A stretch of 64,000 bases of DNA from Candidatus Poribacteria bacterium. GTDB taxonomy: Bacteria; Poribacteria; WGA-4E; WGA-3G. A program made the position numbers and the translations under genes. The notes beneath the pieces were generated by a model. That model was not told the origin of the DNA and ran no database searches. It saw only the letters and a list, made by a program, of their open reading frames with translations. The stretch covers positions 4,487 through 68,486 of the forward strand of contig JAJEEK010000007.1 in assembly GCA_022821065.1 (NCBI GenBank), in the 5' to 3' direction. This document shows, in pieces, positions 16,850 to 25,138 of this stretch (its first letter is position 1; every line of letters starts with the position of its first letter).

Positions 16850-17110
16850 GAATGGCTGTTAGTTAAGGGTTGCTTCTTTTTCTGATTCACACCTCCAAAG
16901 CGATAGTCGCAACAACGTTGCGACGGACAAGACCTAACGACGTATTGGCCGCGAGAGCCCTGATTAACCGCAAGGAAAATTTAAAAATAGGAATAGTTGT
17001 TAGTTAAGGGTTTCTTCTTTTTCTGATTCACACCTCCAAGGTGATAGTCGCAACAACGTTGCGACGGACAAGACCTAACGACGTATTGGCCGCGAGAGCC
17101 CTGATTAACC
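16849..17110. repeat. 141-bp-period tandem duplication (two about 121-bp units) downstream of uvrA
   Basis: Units 16849-16969 and 16990-17110 are nearly identical. Each contains the perfect hairpin gtcgcaac-aac-gttgcgac and quasi-complementary ends gttagttaaggg...ccctgattaacc. Confidence 0.9.
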
Positions 17111-17163
17111 TTAACCAACAACTCGTGCCTTAGTCAAAGTATCGGAGTCGAGTTGTTGGTTAA
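17111..17163. repeat. 15-bp-stem hairpin ttaaccaacaactcg...cgagttgttggttaa (family copy a)
   Basis: Perfect inverted repeat at 17111-17125 and 17149-17163. A related copy sits in opposite orientation at 48287-48339. Confidence 0.85.
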
Positions 17164-17179
17164 AGGAAAATTTAAAAAT

Positions 17180-17398
17180 ATGATTTACATTAACGAAGAA
17201 CTCTGTGTCTATTGCGGCGCATGCGTCGCCGTCTGCCCCGAAAACATCATTGATCTGGTAGACACGCACCTGAAAATAGACCAACCTAAATGCACGGATT
17301 GTATGAAATGCGTCAAAGGATGCCCGATCGGTGTCCTCTCTATGGAGCGAAACGGAAAGATTTACGCTTTCGACTATCCCGACAGAGGACTCTTGTGA
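17180..17398 (+). CDS. 4Fe-4S dicluster ferredoxin
   Basis: CVYCGACVAVCP and CTDCMKCVKGCP motifs. The start is moved to ATG 17180 (MIYINEE). Confidence 0.8.
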   Translation: MIYINEELCVYCGACVAVCPENIIDLVDTHLKIDQPKCTDCMKCVKGCPIGVLSMERNGKIYAFDYPDRGLL

Positions 17399-17425
17399 TA
17401 ACAAACACAGCAGAAGGACGTATAG

Positions 17426-18619
17426 ATGCTACATTCAGAATATGATGTCGTTGTTGTGGGTGCCGGACCGGGCGGTTCGATAGCAGCAAAAATCGCCGCT
17501 GAAAACGGGTTGCGGGTGCTACTGTTAGAAAAACGACAAGAAATCGGGACACCCGTCCGCTGAGCGGAAGCAATCAGTACAGAGGCTCTGTGCGAATTTA
17601 TTCAACCAAACGCAGCTTGGGTGTCACACGATATACACGGGGCGCGCTTCTTTTCGCCAAATGAAACTTTCGTGACATTCCATCACCCAGGGATCGCCTA
17701 CGTCCTGGAACGCAAGGTTTTTGATCGAGCCATTACAGAGATGGCAGCTACCGCGGGGGCCGAGGTCGTCGTTAAAGCACGTGCTACTGGTGTCACTACA
17801 GCTAATGACGGGACCGTGAACGGTGTCGTGTTCCGACATTCAGGACGCGACTACACGTGTAAAACAAAGACAGTCATTGCAGCAGATGGCGTTGAATCCC
17901 AAGTTGCACGGTGGGCAGGTATTGATACCACCCACCGACTGCGCGATGTAGGGGTCTGCGCACAATATCTTATCTCAAATGTCGATATCGGAACTGACTA
18001 CTGCGACTTCTACTTCGGACGCGAGATCGCACCGCGGGGTTACGTCTGGGTATTTCCAAAAGGCGATGACATTGCCAACGTTGGTGTCGGTATCGGCGGT
18101 GCTATTTCAGGCAAAGGTGGCAAACTCGCGATTGATTATCTCAACGAGTTCGTCAAACGGAAGTTTCCGAAAGGCAAAATTTTAGGGTTAGTCTGCGGCG
18201 CAGTTCCAGTTGCGGAAAGCTTACCACAGCTTGTCGGAGATGGGATCTTAATTGTAGGTGATGCCGCACACCACAGTGATCCGATGTCCGGCGGCGGCAT
18301 CGCTAACGCAATGTATTCGGGAAAATTCGCTGCCGAAGCCGCAGTCGAAGGCATTCGCAGGGGCGATGTCTCCGAAAAAGTACTCGCCGCATATACAAAA
18401 CGTTGGAATAGCGAATTCGGAAAACATTTTAAAAATATCTGTCGCATCCGAGATGGGATCATCAAATTTAGTGACGAAACGCTTGATAGATATACAGAAA
18501 CGCTCTCTAAAATCCCCAGCGAACAGATAACAATGGCAAAGATTTTTCAAACATTACTAAGACACCAACCCAGTTTATTGCTCGAACTCCGCCATCTCAT
18601 CTTAGCAGGATGGATTTAA
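17426..18619 (+). CDS. Geranylgeranyl reductase-family FAD flavoprotein with in-frame UGA (codon 46, 17561-17563): candidate selenoprotein
   Basis: ATG 17426 gives [53 protein letters not shown]. This continues in the same frame into the 17621-18619 track ORF, which carries [11 protein letters not shown] (the YxWxFP motif of GGRs) and [15 protein letters not shown]. The TGA occupies the position of the conserved Cys in the P-V-x-C-[GA]-E motif. Confidence 0.7.
17577..17593 (+). promoter_or_regulatory. SECIS-like stem-loop downstream of the in-frame UGA
   Basis: gtacaga-GGC-tctgtgc forms a 7-bp stem (one G-U pair). The G-rich apical loop starts 20 nt after the UGA, a geometry similar to the E. 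coli fdhF SECIS. Confidence 0.5.
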
Positions 18620-18778
18620 AGCGCAACAGATGTTGATGAAAAAAATAAGCACTATGCCGCTTTCCCAGTAACGCGCGGGGCCCCCTTCCACCCACTTCTC
18701 CATTACCCCAGCGGGACCGCTGAAAAAACTTAACATACACAAATGTTCACCGGATTGTCCACGATTTTTTTCGCGTGT

Positions 18779-18811
18779 TGCACCCTTTCAGAATTAAAAT
18801 TCGTCTTTAAT
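18779..18811 (+). promoter_or_regulatory. Conserved promoter-like motif upstream of ECF sigma paralog 1
   Basis: TGCACcctttc...AAAATTcgTCTTTAAT. It is shared with the minus-strand motif at 43449-43482 upstream of the paralogous sigma gene. Confidence 0.4.
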
Positions 18812-18853
18812 TATAGAGGCGTAAAACGTAATCTTTTCATCAGGAGGAATCGC

Positions 18854-19882
18854 GTGGAAAGAGAAAACGATGTACAACTGATTCAGAGAACCTTATCGGG
18901 TGACGATACCGCATTTGGAGCCTTACTCCAAAGATACCAGAAAAGCGTCCACGCGCTCGTATGGCGAAAAATTGGGGATTTTCACATTGCTGAAGATATT
19001 ACCCAAGACACATTCCTTCAAGCGTACAAAAAACTCTCAACGCTCAAGAATCACAATCAGTTTGCCGGATGGTTGTATGTCATCGCAGATCGGCTCTGCA
19101 TCGATTGGAGCCGGAAGCGAAAACTCACAACGCAATCGCTGGAGGACACACCTGTGGAAGAAATCGAGAGAGCCTCTTATACACATCACGTAACGGAACA
19201 GCGAGAAGCAGAACGCACTGAACGGCACCGTGAACTCGTCAAAAAACTGCTTGCAAAACTCCCAGAGAGTGAACGCACTGTCGTGACACTCTACTACCTC
19301 GGCGAAATGACGACCAGAGAGATCGGGAAATTCTTGGGCGTGTCTGTGGATACAATTAAAAGCAGACTTCGGCGCGGACGAAAGCGTTTGCAAGAGGACG
19401 AAGAACTGATGATCCAAGAAGTTTTCGGTGGCGTTCAAATACCGGCGAGTTTAGGTGCAGACGTCATGCGACAAGTCGCTGACATGAAACCCACACCGAC
19501 TCCGCCTGCGAAACCGTTCCTCCCATGGCTGGCTTTAGGGACAGCTGCGGTTTTGGTTGCCTTACTCCTCGGCGCGAGCAACCGATACCTCACCCGTTTT
19601 CAGAAGCCCTATAGTTTTGAGGCACAATCTGAACCGACGATTGAAATCGTTGATGCCCCTATCATCCTTGATATAGCAGCGAAACCGGCTGTGCGAAATC
19701 AGGTCGGACGGGATACCAGCCCGAATGAAACTACCCGTGCCGGCACCCAAGTTTCTAATGTAAGCTCGGTATCGGTTGCCTTGGAAAATGCTACCAAACA
19801 GTGGATGCCGAGAGCAGACATGCCAACAGCCCGATTTAACTTTAAACACGACCGAAGGATGGAGAGAAACATCTCGTTCTGA
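18854..19882 (+). CDS. ECF-type sigma-70 factor fused to a C-terminal transmembrane extension
   Basis: aggagg RBS then GTG 18854. Region 2 is FHIAEDITQDTFLQAYKK and region 4 is LYYLGEMTTREIGKFLGVSVDTIKSRLRRGRKRL. A TM segment follows (FLPWLALGTAAVLVALLLGA). The tail ends with a truncated Kelch-like MPTARFNF. Confidence 0.8.
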   Translation: MERENDVQLIQRTLSGDDTAFGALLQRYQKSVHALVWRKIGDFHIAEDITQDTFLQAYKKLSTLKNHNQFAGWLYVIADRLCIDWSRKRKLTTQSLEDTPVEEIERASYTHHVTEQREAERTERHRELVKKLLAKLPESERTVVTLYYLGEMTTREIGKFLGVSVDTIKSRLRRGRKRLQEDEELMIQEVFGGVQIPASLGADVMRQVADMKPTPTPPAKPFLPWLALGTAAVLVALLLGASNRYLTRFQKPYSFEAQSEPTIEIVDAPIILDIAAKPAVRNQVGRDTSPNETTRAGTQVSNVSSVSVALENATKQWMPRADMPTARFNFKHDRRMERNISF

Positions 19883-19902
19883 GTCAACAAGTTGCCTTCG
19901 GA

Positions 19903-20529
19903 TTGAGATCACATGATTGTAGAGGTAGGATCAGTGAGAAAGGTCAAGTGTGTTCCTATGGTTCAGTATATCTTGAAGGCGCAGCGTTCGGTATCACGGG
20001 CATTGATGCTGTCATTGAGATGGATCAATGGAACTATATGGCGGTCATTTTCACGGACAGCACGTTTCATTTGGCATACAATGATCAAATCGTTCGAGGA
20101 GAGAAAGAGGACTTTTTGCACGTAATAGCTGGGGATCTGCGTGTCCGTGACAAGTTCAAAGATTTCGTCGTAGGCGGCCATGCTGAAGATCGGTTAATAG
20201 TGAAAGATGGGCAACTGTTAGTCCGAGGCATTCGCTTTCATGGTGAGATTGATGCGATAAGGTTTTCCAATATCGCTCGGTATGATTTACCTGACAAACC
20301 GGGGTTCTTTCCGTTTGAACCGCCGCATCGTTTTTTCTCCGATGTACACACGTTGGCTCTCTGGGATTTTAATGAAAGGGAAGGTGTAACTCGTTTTGAA
20401 GATACGTCGGGGAATGGAAAGACACTAATAGGCATGAATGGTGCGACTAACAGTGCCTCACTTGCTGTTAATCCAAGGAACACCTCCATAACCACGACAT
20501 GGGGGCAAGTCAAGTCAGAAGCGTTTTGA
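19903..20529 (+). CDS. LamG/concanavalin-like domain protein without signal peptide (possible gene remnant), TTWG tail
   Basis: Paralogous to 20565-21425 (shared RFSNIARY / RISTVARY and ALWDFNE / ALWHFDE segments). Ends ITTTWGQVKSEAF. No RBS or signal peptide is visible. Confidence 0.45.
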   Translation: MRSHDCRGRISEKGQVCSYGSVYLEGAAFGITGIDAVIEMDQWNYMAVIFTDSTFHLAYNDQIVRGEKEDFLHVIAGDLRVRDKFKDFVVGGHAEDRLIVKDGQLLVRGIRFHGEIDAIRFSNIARYDLPDKPGFFPFEPPHRFFSDVHTLALWDFNEREGVTRFEDTSGNGKTLIGMNGATNSASLAVNPRNTSITTTWGQVKSEAF

Positions 20530-20564
20530 GATTTATAGAGAGATTTAGAAAGGAACTTACGAAG

Positions 20565-21425
20565 ATGAAAAATCTACTAAATCTGCCAATTTTTACTTAC
20601 CTTGTTCTGCTCGTTTTAATGCCGATGCCTGCTGAAGCGATGCCACCGCCTTCACCTGCTGGTGGCAACTATTTAGCACTTGATGGGGTGGACGACCACG
20701 CGGTTTTGGACTTTGAAATTTTCGGTCTTCTCTTGCCAAAAGACACAGATGAATTCACCTTTGAAGCGTGGATATATCCAACCACGCTGCCTGACCGGAA
20801 TATACTCCCAATAATTCTCAGCCAACAAGCGCGGATGTATATCTGGCCCCATGATCAGCAGGGAGATTTCAGACTAATGGGTGCAGTACACCTTGATCAC
20901 CCTGCCGGGCTCGGTGGAGTGGCGTTCGGCATGAGAGAGATTTTTTCCCCGAATCAATGGTATCACGTCGCCTTTCAGGCAGAAGCAGGACAGAGGATAC
21001 TCATCATTAACAATGTCGTGCGCATCTCACGAGGAGGAACAACGCTCGCAGACGATCTCTCACACGCCAAGCATCCACAGGATTTTACAATCGGCGGATT
21101 TGGAGAGAAAATTGTGTCTGATTGGCACGGCGGTCACTTTTGGGGTCATTTTGCGGGCTATATTGATGAGGTTCGCATCTCAACAGTTGCGCGGTACAAC
21201 ACCGCCAACAAACGCAATTTCACACCACAGAAAAAGTTCGAGAATGACGCAAAAACAGTTGCCTTGTGGCATTTTGATGAACCGAACGGAACACGGGAGT
21301 TCTCAGATACATCAGGCAACGCTTACCATCTAATGGGCAAAAATGGTGCAAAGACCGGAGGCGAATTTGCAGTAGTTGAAGCACAAGGAAAACTTGCGAC
21401 GATATGGGGACGACTTAAGGAATAA
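20565..21425 (+). CDS. Secreted LamG-domain protein, TTWG tail
   Basis: Signal peptide MKNLLNLPIFTYLVLLVLMPMPAEA. LamG-like core (NQWYHVAF..., GYIDEVRIS). Ends KLATIWGRLKE. Confidence 0.7.
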   Translation: MKNLLNLPIFTYLVLLVLMPMPAEAMPPPSPAGGNYLALDGVDDHAVLDFEIFGLLLPKDTDEFTFEAWIYPTTLPDRNILPIILSQQARMYIWPHDQQGDFRLMGAVHLDHPAGLGGVAFGMREIFSPNQWYHVAFQAEAGQRILIINNVVRISRGGTTLADDLSHAKHPQDFTIGGFGEKIVSDWHGGHFWGHFAGYIDEVRISTVARYNTANKRNFTPQKKFENDAKTVALWHFDEPNGTREFSDTSGNAYHLMGKNGAKTGGEFAVVEAQGKLATIWGRLKE

Positions 21426-21511
21426 AAAAACTGATGTTCTTGCTGCGGTTGGTTAGCTTGGAACATGCTGGATTTGAAGAGTTTACGGAAGTGTGCTGTT
21501 TCTGTAGGTCA

Positions 21512-22483
21512 TCAGTCCTGTGTTTTGAGTTTGCCCCACGTGGTCGTCAAAAGGGACGGTTGCGGTGAAACCTGCAACGCAAACGCTGGATCAAACCAAT
21601 CCGCGTTGAAGTTATCTCCTTGCCGGTGTGTGAGTTGTTCTGGGACACCGCCATCCAAAACGACTTTGAAGAGGTCTCTGACTCCACCAATCCCCTTGTT
21701 GTAAATGAGTTCATTCCCATCCGGGGACCAGGTAGGGTTAAACGCTGCCATACCATCTCCAGCATCAATAACCTTCCTCAGTCCGCTACCATCTCGGTTC
21801 ACAACATGGATACCCATACTGCCCCCTAACGCTCTACCTCTCCAAGAAAAGGTTATCTGAGTGCTGTCGGGTGCCCAAGCAGGGTCAAACATTGAGGCCT
21901 CCCCCGGAAGAAGTTCCTCTTCTACACGCGTTTGTAGATTGATAATTTGGACCCTGACGTTCGGTACTTGGAGATTTCCGTTTTCACCCCAGACAAACTT
22001 GGCTGCCATAAAGGCTATCTCAGAGCCGTTGGAAGACCACGCGGGCCATAAACCCTCCGCAACTTTTGTCTCATCTTTTCCGTCACTTGATGCAGTGTAG
22101 ATAGAGAATGTATGAAATCGTTGATAAGCGAGCGCCTTGCCATCAGGCGACCAAGTCGGAAATTCTCTGCCTATTAATCTTTTGAATACCTGACGTACAT
22201 TCGTTCCGTCCGGATCCATAAGATAGAGGTCCTCTATCCCCCCTCGATCCGAGACGAAAAGAATCTGTTCACCTGTCGGAGACCAGGTAGGCGCGGAATC
22301 CCTTGCTCGGTGCTGGGTCAAGTTTTTCTGATCAGAGCCATCCAGATTCATGCTATAAATCTCAAAATTGCCATCACGCCTTGATGTAAATACGATTTTA
22401 GCAGTTTCTGGGGCTTTTGCGAGAACAGCGGAGAAGGACGCAAAGATAAGGAATGTGCTGAATGCGTAACATAAAAACTTCAT
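21512..22483 (-). CDS. Secreted TolB-like PD40 beta-propeller protein, TTWG tail
   Basis: Signal peptide MKFLCYAFSTFLIFASFSAVLA. Repeated P(T/A)WSPDG units typical of PD40/WD40-like propellers. Ends LLTTTWGKLKTQD. Confidence 0.75.
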   Translation of the reverse strand: MKFLCYAFSTFLIFASFSAVLAKAPETAKIVFTSRRDGNFEIYSMNLDGSDQKNLTQHRARDSAPTWSPTGEQILFVSDRGGIEDLYLMDPDGTNVRQVFKRLIGREFPTWSPDGKALAYQRFHTFSIYTASSDGKDETKVAEGLWPAWSSNGSEIAFMAAKFVWGENGNLQVPNVRVQIINLQTRVEEELLPGEASMFDPAWAPDSTQITFSWRGRALGGSMGIHVVNRDGSGLRKVIDAGDGMAAFNPTWSPDGNELIYNKGIGGVRDLFKVVLDGGVPEQLTHRQGDNFNADWFDPAFALQVSPQPSLLTTTWGKLKTQD

Positions 22484-22533
22484 AATACTTCCTCCATAGT
22501 GTCTGCTATAGAAAGTGGGCTGGAAAAGCGTGC

Positions 22534-24240
22534 TTACCGTGAAACTTCCTCAATGCGAATCTGTTGGTTCGGTTCAACGTCCTTACGTGTGCTGACTGTC
22601 CCGCTGGGCCATCGGACTTCGATCGTCTCAATAGTGGTGTCCTCATCTATGCCGAAGATGGCGGTGAGTTCGCTTTGTGAACAGTAACTGGAGCCGCTCT
22701 TGACCGTCCGTGTCTGTGTGCCGAGTGCGGAGGTAACGCGAATCTGCGCACCGATGCCATCACGATTACTTTTTTCCCCGACGAGTTGGATTTTGATCCA
22801 CGCGTTACGATTGCCGCCATCGTTTCGGAAAAGGTACGCCGGTCCATTGGAGGTCGTAATCAGCAGGTCCCAATCGCCATCGTTGTCGATGTCGCCGTAG
22901 GCTGCGCCTCTACCGACCATCGGTTTCGCCAAATCTGCACCGACTTTGTGAAGTGCTTCGGTAAATCTGCCTTGCGAATCGTTATGGAACAGGTGCGGCG
23001 GTTGCGCATAAGTGACTTGACTCTGAATGGTGTTGATGTCGGTTTCGACGTGTCCGTTGGCGGTGAAGATGTCGAGATTCCCATCGAGATCAAAATCGAA
23101 GAAGAAGCATGCGAAGGTGAGCGTTAACAACGTAGCGTTGCCAATCTGTGCGGCGGGTGCATCGTCAATGAAGAAGTCGCCTTCGTTATGATAAAGGTTG
23201 AGCATCTCGTTGGAGAAGTTACCGATGACGAGGCTCTCCCGACCGGTGCGATCGTAGTCGGCAGCATCAATACCCATCGCGCCGGTTGCGACACCACTTT
23301 CGTTATAGGCAATTCCGGCGAGCATTCCGGTTTCGATGAAGGTCCCGTCCCCATTGTTTTGATAGAGTTTATTCGGTTGTGTATCGTTCGCCTCGAAGAT
23401 GTCCGGCAATCCGTCAGCATTGTAATCGAAGATAGAGACACCGAGCGATTTGCTGGTATTGTCCTCAATCCGTGCGATACGCGAGACATCGGCAAATGTA
23501 CCGTCCCCTCGGTTCCTAAAGAGTTTGCTCGCCTGTCCGGTGTAGGATTCAGGCGTGCAGTAAGATTTGTTGATACCGTCGAGCGTACAGAACAAGTCGT
23601 TCTCTCTGCTCCATTCAACGTAGTTTGCGACGTAGAGATCGAGGTGTCCGTCGTTGTTGTAATCAAACCATGCGCAGCTCGTACCGAAGCCAGGATTGTG
23701 GATACCAGAGGCTTCTGTGGTGTCAATGAAGGTGCCATCGCCACGGTTTTGGAAGAGTCGATCGGTTTCGAGACAGCTGATATAGAGGTCTGGGTCGCCA
23801 TCGTTATCGTAATCGCCGACAGCAGCGCCCATACCGTAAAGCGGAACAGCAAGACCAGCGGATTCGGTGACATCAGTGAAGCTGCCGTCCCGGTTGTTTC
23901 GGTAGAGTGCCATCGTTTGTCGTTTCTGCGTCCGATTGCCCTCCCAATCCTTTCCGGTAACAAGCAGGATGTCCTGCCACCCGTCCGTGTCGTAGTCGAT
24001 AAAGGCGCACCCCGACCCCATCGTTTCTGGGAGGTACTTCTTTCCAAAAGCACCAGAGTTATGGATAAAGTCGATGCCTGCTGCCGCTGTGATGTCGGTG
24101 AATTGCGGCAGACTTTGTGCGAGACAGTAACCAGTAACCAGTAACCAGTAACCAGTTAAGAAAAAGACTTGGTAAATTCTTCCACTCTTTAACTGGTAAC
24201 TGGTATGCTGGAAACTTCCTATTATGCGTTTGGTATCCAT
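22534..24240 (-). CDS. ASPIC/UnbV (CRTAC1-family) FG-GAP/VCBS-repeat protein
   Basis: Many D.D.DG..D FG-GAP-type repeats and a C-terminal UnbV_ASPIC-like end (GSSYCSQSEL...VRWPSG). The N-terminal 44 codons lie inside repeat element H2. Confidence 0.85.
   Translation of the reverse strand: MDTKRIIGSFQHTSYQLKSGRIYQVFFLTGYWLLVTGYCLAQSLPQFTDITAAAGIDFIHNSGAFGKKYLPETMGSGCAFIDYDTDGWQDILLVTGKDWEGNRTQKRQTMALYRNNRDGSFTDVTESAGLAVPLYGMGAAVGDYDNDGDPDLYISCLETDRLFQNRGDGTFIDTTEASGIHNPGFGTSCAWFDYNNDGHLDLYVANYVEWSRENDLFCTLDGINKSYCTPESYTGQASKLFRNRGDGTFADVSRIARIEDNTSKSLGVSIFDYNADGLPDIFEANDTQPNKLYQNNGDGTFIETGMLAGIAYNESGVATGAMGIDAADYDRTGRESLVIGNFSNEMLNLYHNEGDFFIDDAPAAQIGNATLLTLTFACFFFDFDLDGNLDIFTANGHVETDINTIQSQVTYAQPPHLFHNDSQGRFTEALHKVGADLAKPMVGRGAAYGDIDNDGDWDLLITTSNGPAYLFRNDGGNRNAWIKIQLVGEKSNRDGIGAQIRVTSALGTQTRTVKSGSSYCSQSELTAIFGIDEDTTIETIEVRWPSGTVSTRKDVEPNQQIRIEEVSR
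24125..24215. repeat. Heptamer-armed hairpin element (H2), inside the 5' coding end of the ASPIC gene
   Basis: CAGTAAC x4 plus cagttaag at 24125-24160. Right arm is ctttaactggtaactggtatgctggaaac at 24187-24215. Confidence 0.85.
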
Positions 24241-24256
24241 TTTCGTCTGCTCTTTT

Positions 24257-24958
24257 TTAATTCTTTTTCAGATTTCCCCATGTTGTTGTGAGCTTGGTTT
24301 GTGGTTCGACAGGACGCGGTTTGCCAGGACCGCCGTTCGGGACGTTTTCGCCTGTGACTGCAAAGTCATCAAAGTGTGCACGCCCGTCTGCGACAACGAG
24401 ACCGGCTTGCCCGCCTTTTAAGATATCATCGTCAATAGCAGTGAACACGGCATCGTCAATTTGAAATTCGAGGATACCCTCTTCGTAAATGGTGGCAGTC
24501 AGTTCATACCATGTATCAATCTCCGCATCAAATACGTAGCTAATAACGTTCCAATCGTCTTGAACTGCCTTTACAATTCGGACGGTGCCGAAGATATAAT
24601 CTAAGAAGAAGAGGTAGCGGCTATCCTCTTCACCTCTATCGTGGAGGGTCAGTCCGATGGTTGGCGGCTCGTTTTTGTCTTCCACTAACTTCGCTCGACA
24701 GGAGACGGAGTAGTTCTTCCATGTGAGTTCACCTGTTAGCCAGAGACTCATAAAGCCAGGTAGAAAGATTTCGCCGACGGCTTCACCGTCGTCAATCCAC
24801 CACTTTTCGACCTTCCGGTCAATATTAAAGATTTTCCATTCACGGGTGTCGTTGTCTTCAAAATCGTCGCGCCAGGTCCCCGCAAATGTCCGTTGCGATT
24901 CTGCTATTAAAAAGCAGGCAAACGCGATAACTGCGATCATTAACATTAATTTTTTCAT
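24257..24958 (-). CDS. Secreted jelly-roll (DUF1080/LamG-like) protein, TTWG tail
   Basis: Signal MKKLMLMIAVIAFACFLIA. WRDDFEDNDTREWKIF...WWIDDGEAVGE resembles DUF1080-type domains. Ends KLTTTWGNLKKN. Confidence 0.55.
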   Translation of the reverse strand: MKKLMLMIAVIAFACFLIAESQRTFAGTWRDDFEDNDTREWKIFNIDRKVEKWWIDDGEAVGEIFLPGFMSLWLTGELTWKNYSVSCRAKLVEDKNEPPTIGLTLHDRGEEDSRYLFFLDYIFGTVRIVKAVQDDWNVISYVFDAEIDTWYELTATIYEEGILEFQIDDAVFTAIDDDILKGGQAGLVVADGRAHFDDFAVTGENVPNGGPGKPRPVEPQTKLTTTWGNLKKN

Positions 24959-25138
24959 TTTTTTAAATTTTCCTGAGATCGAAAATATCGACAATAATGT
25001 TATTTGACAAAGGCACGATATTTTCGGTCTCGGTTAATCAGGGTTCGAGATGGTTATTGTTTATTTGTTATCGGTGGTTGGTTAAGAGATGTTAGAATCA
25101 CCGTAGCCCGCTTTACCAATAACTTAAAGCGCAGCGTA

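Noticed and set aside
17340-17621. Treating 17621 as the true start of the reductase, and 17340-17573(-) as a gene.
   Set aside because: The FAD Rossmann motif GAGPGG lies upstream, in the same frame as 17621-18619, and is separated only by one TGA. The minus-strand ORF has no RBS or motifs.
24125-24215. The heptamer arrays and other tandem repeats as possible CRISPR arrays.
   Set aside because: Units are 7 nt (or 34/141 nt) with no unique spacers of 25-40 nt. No cas genes are present. The architecture is palindromic rather than repeat-spacer.
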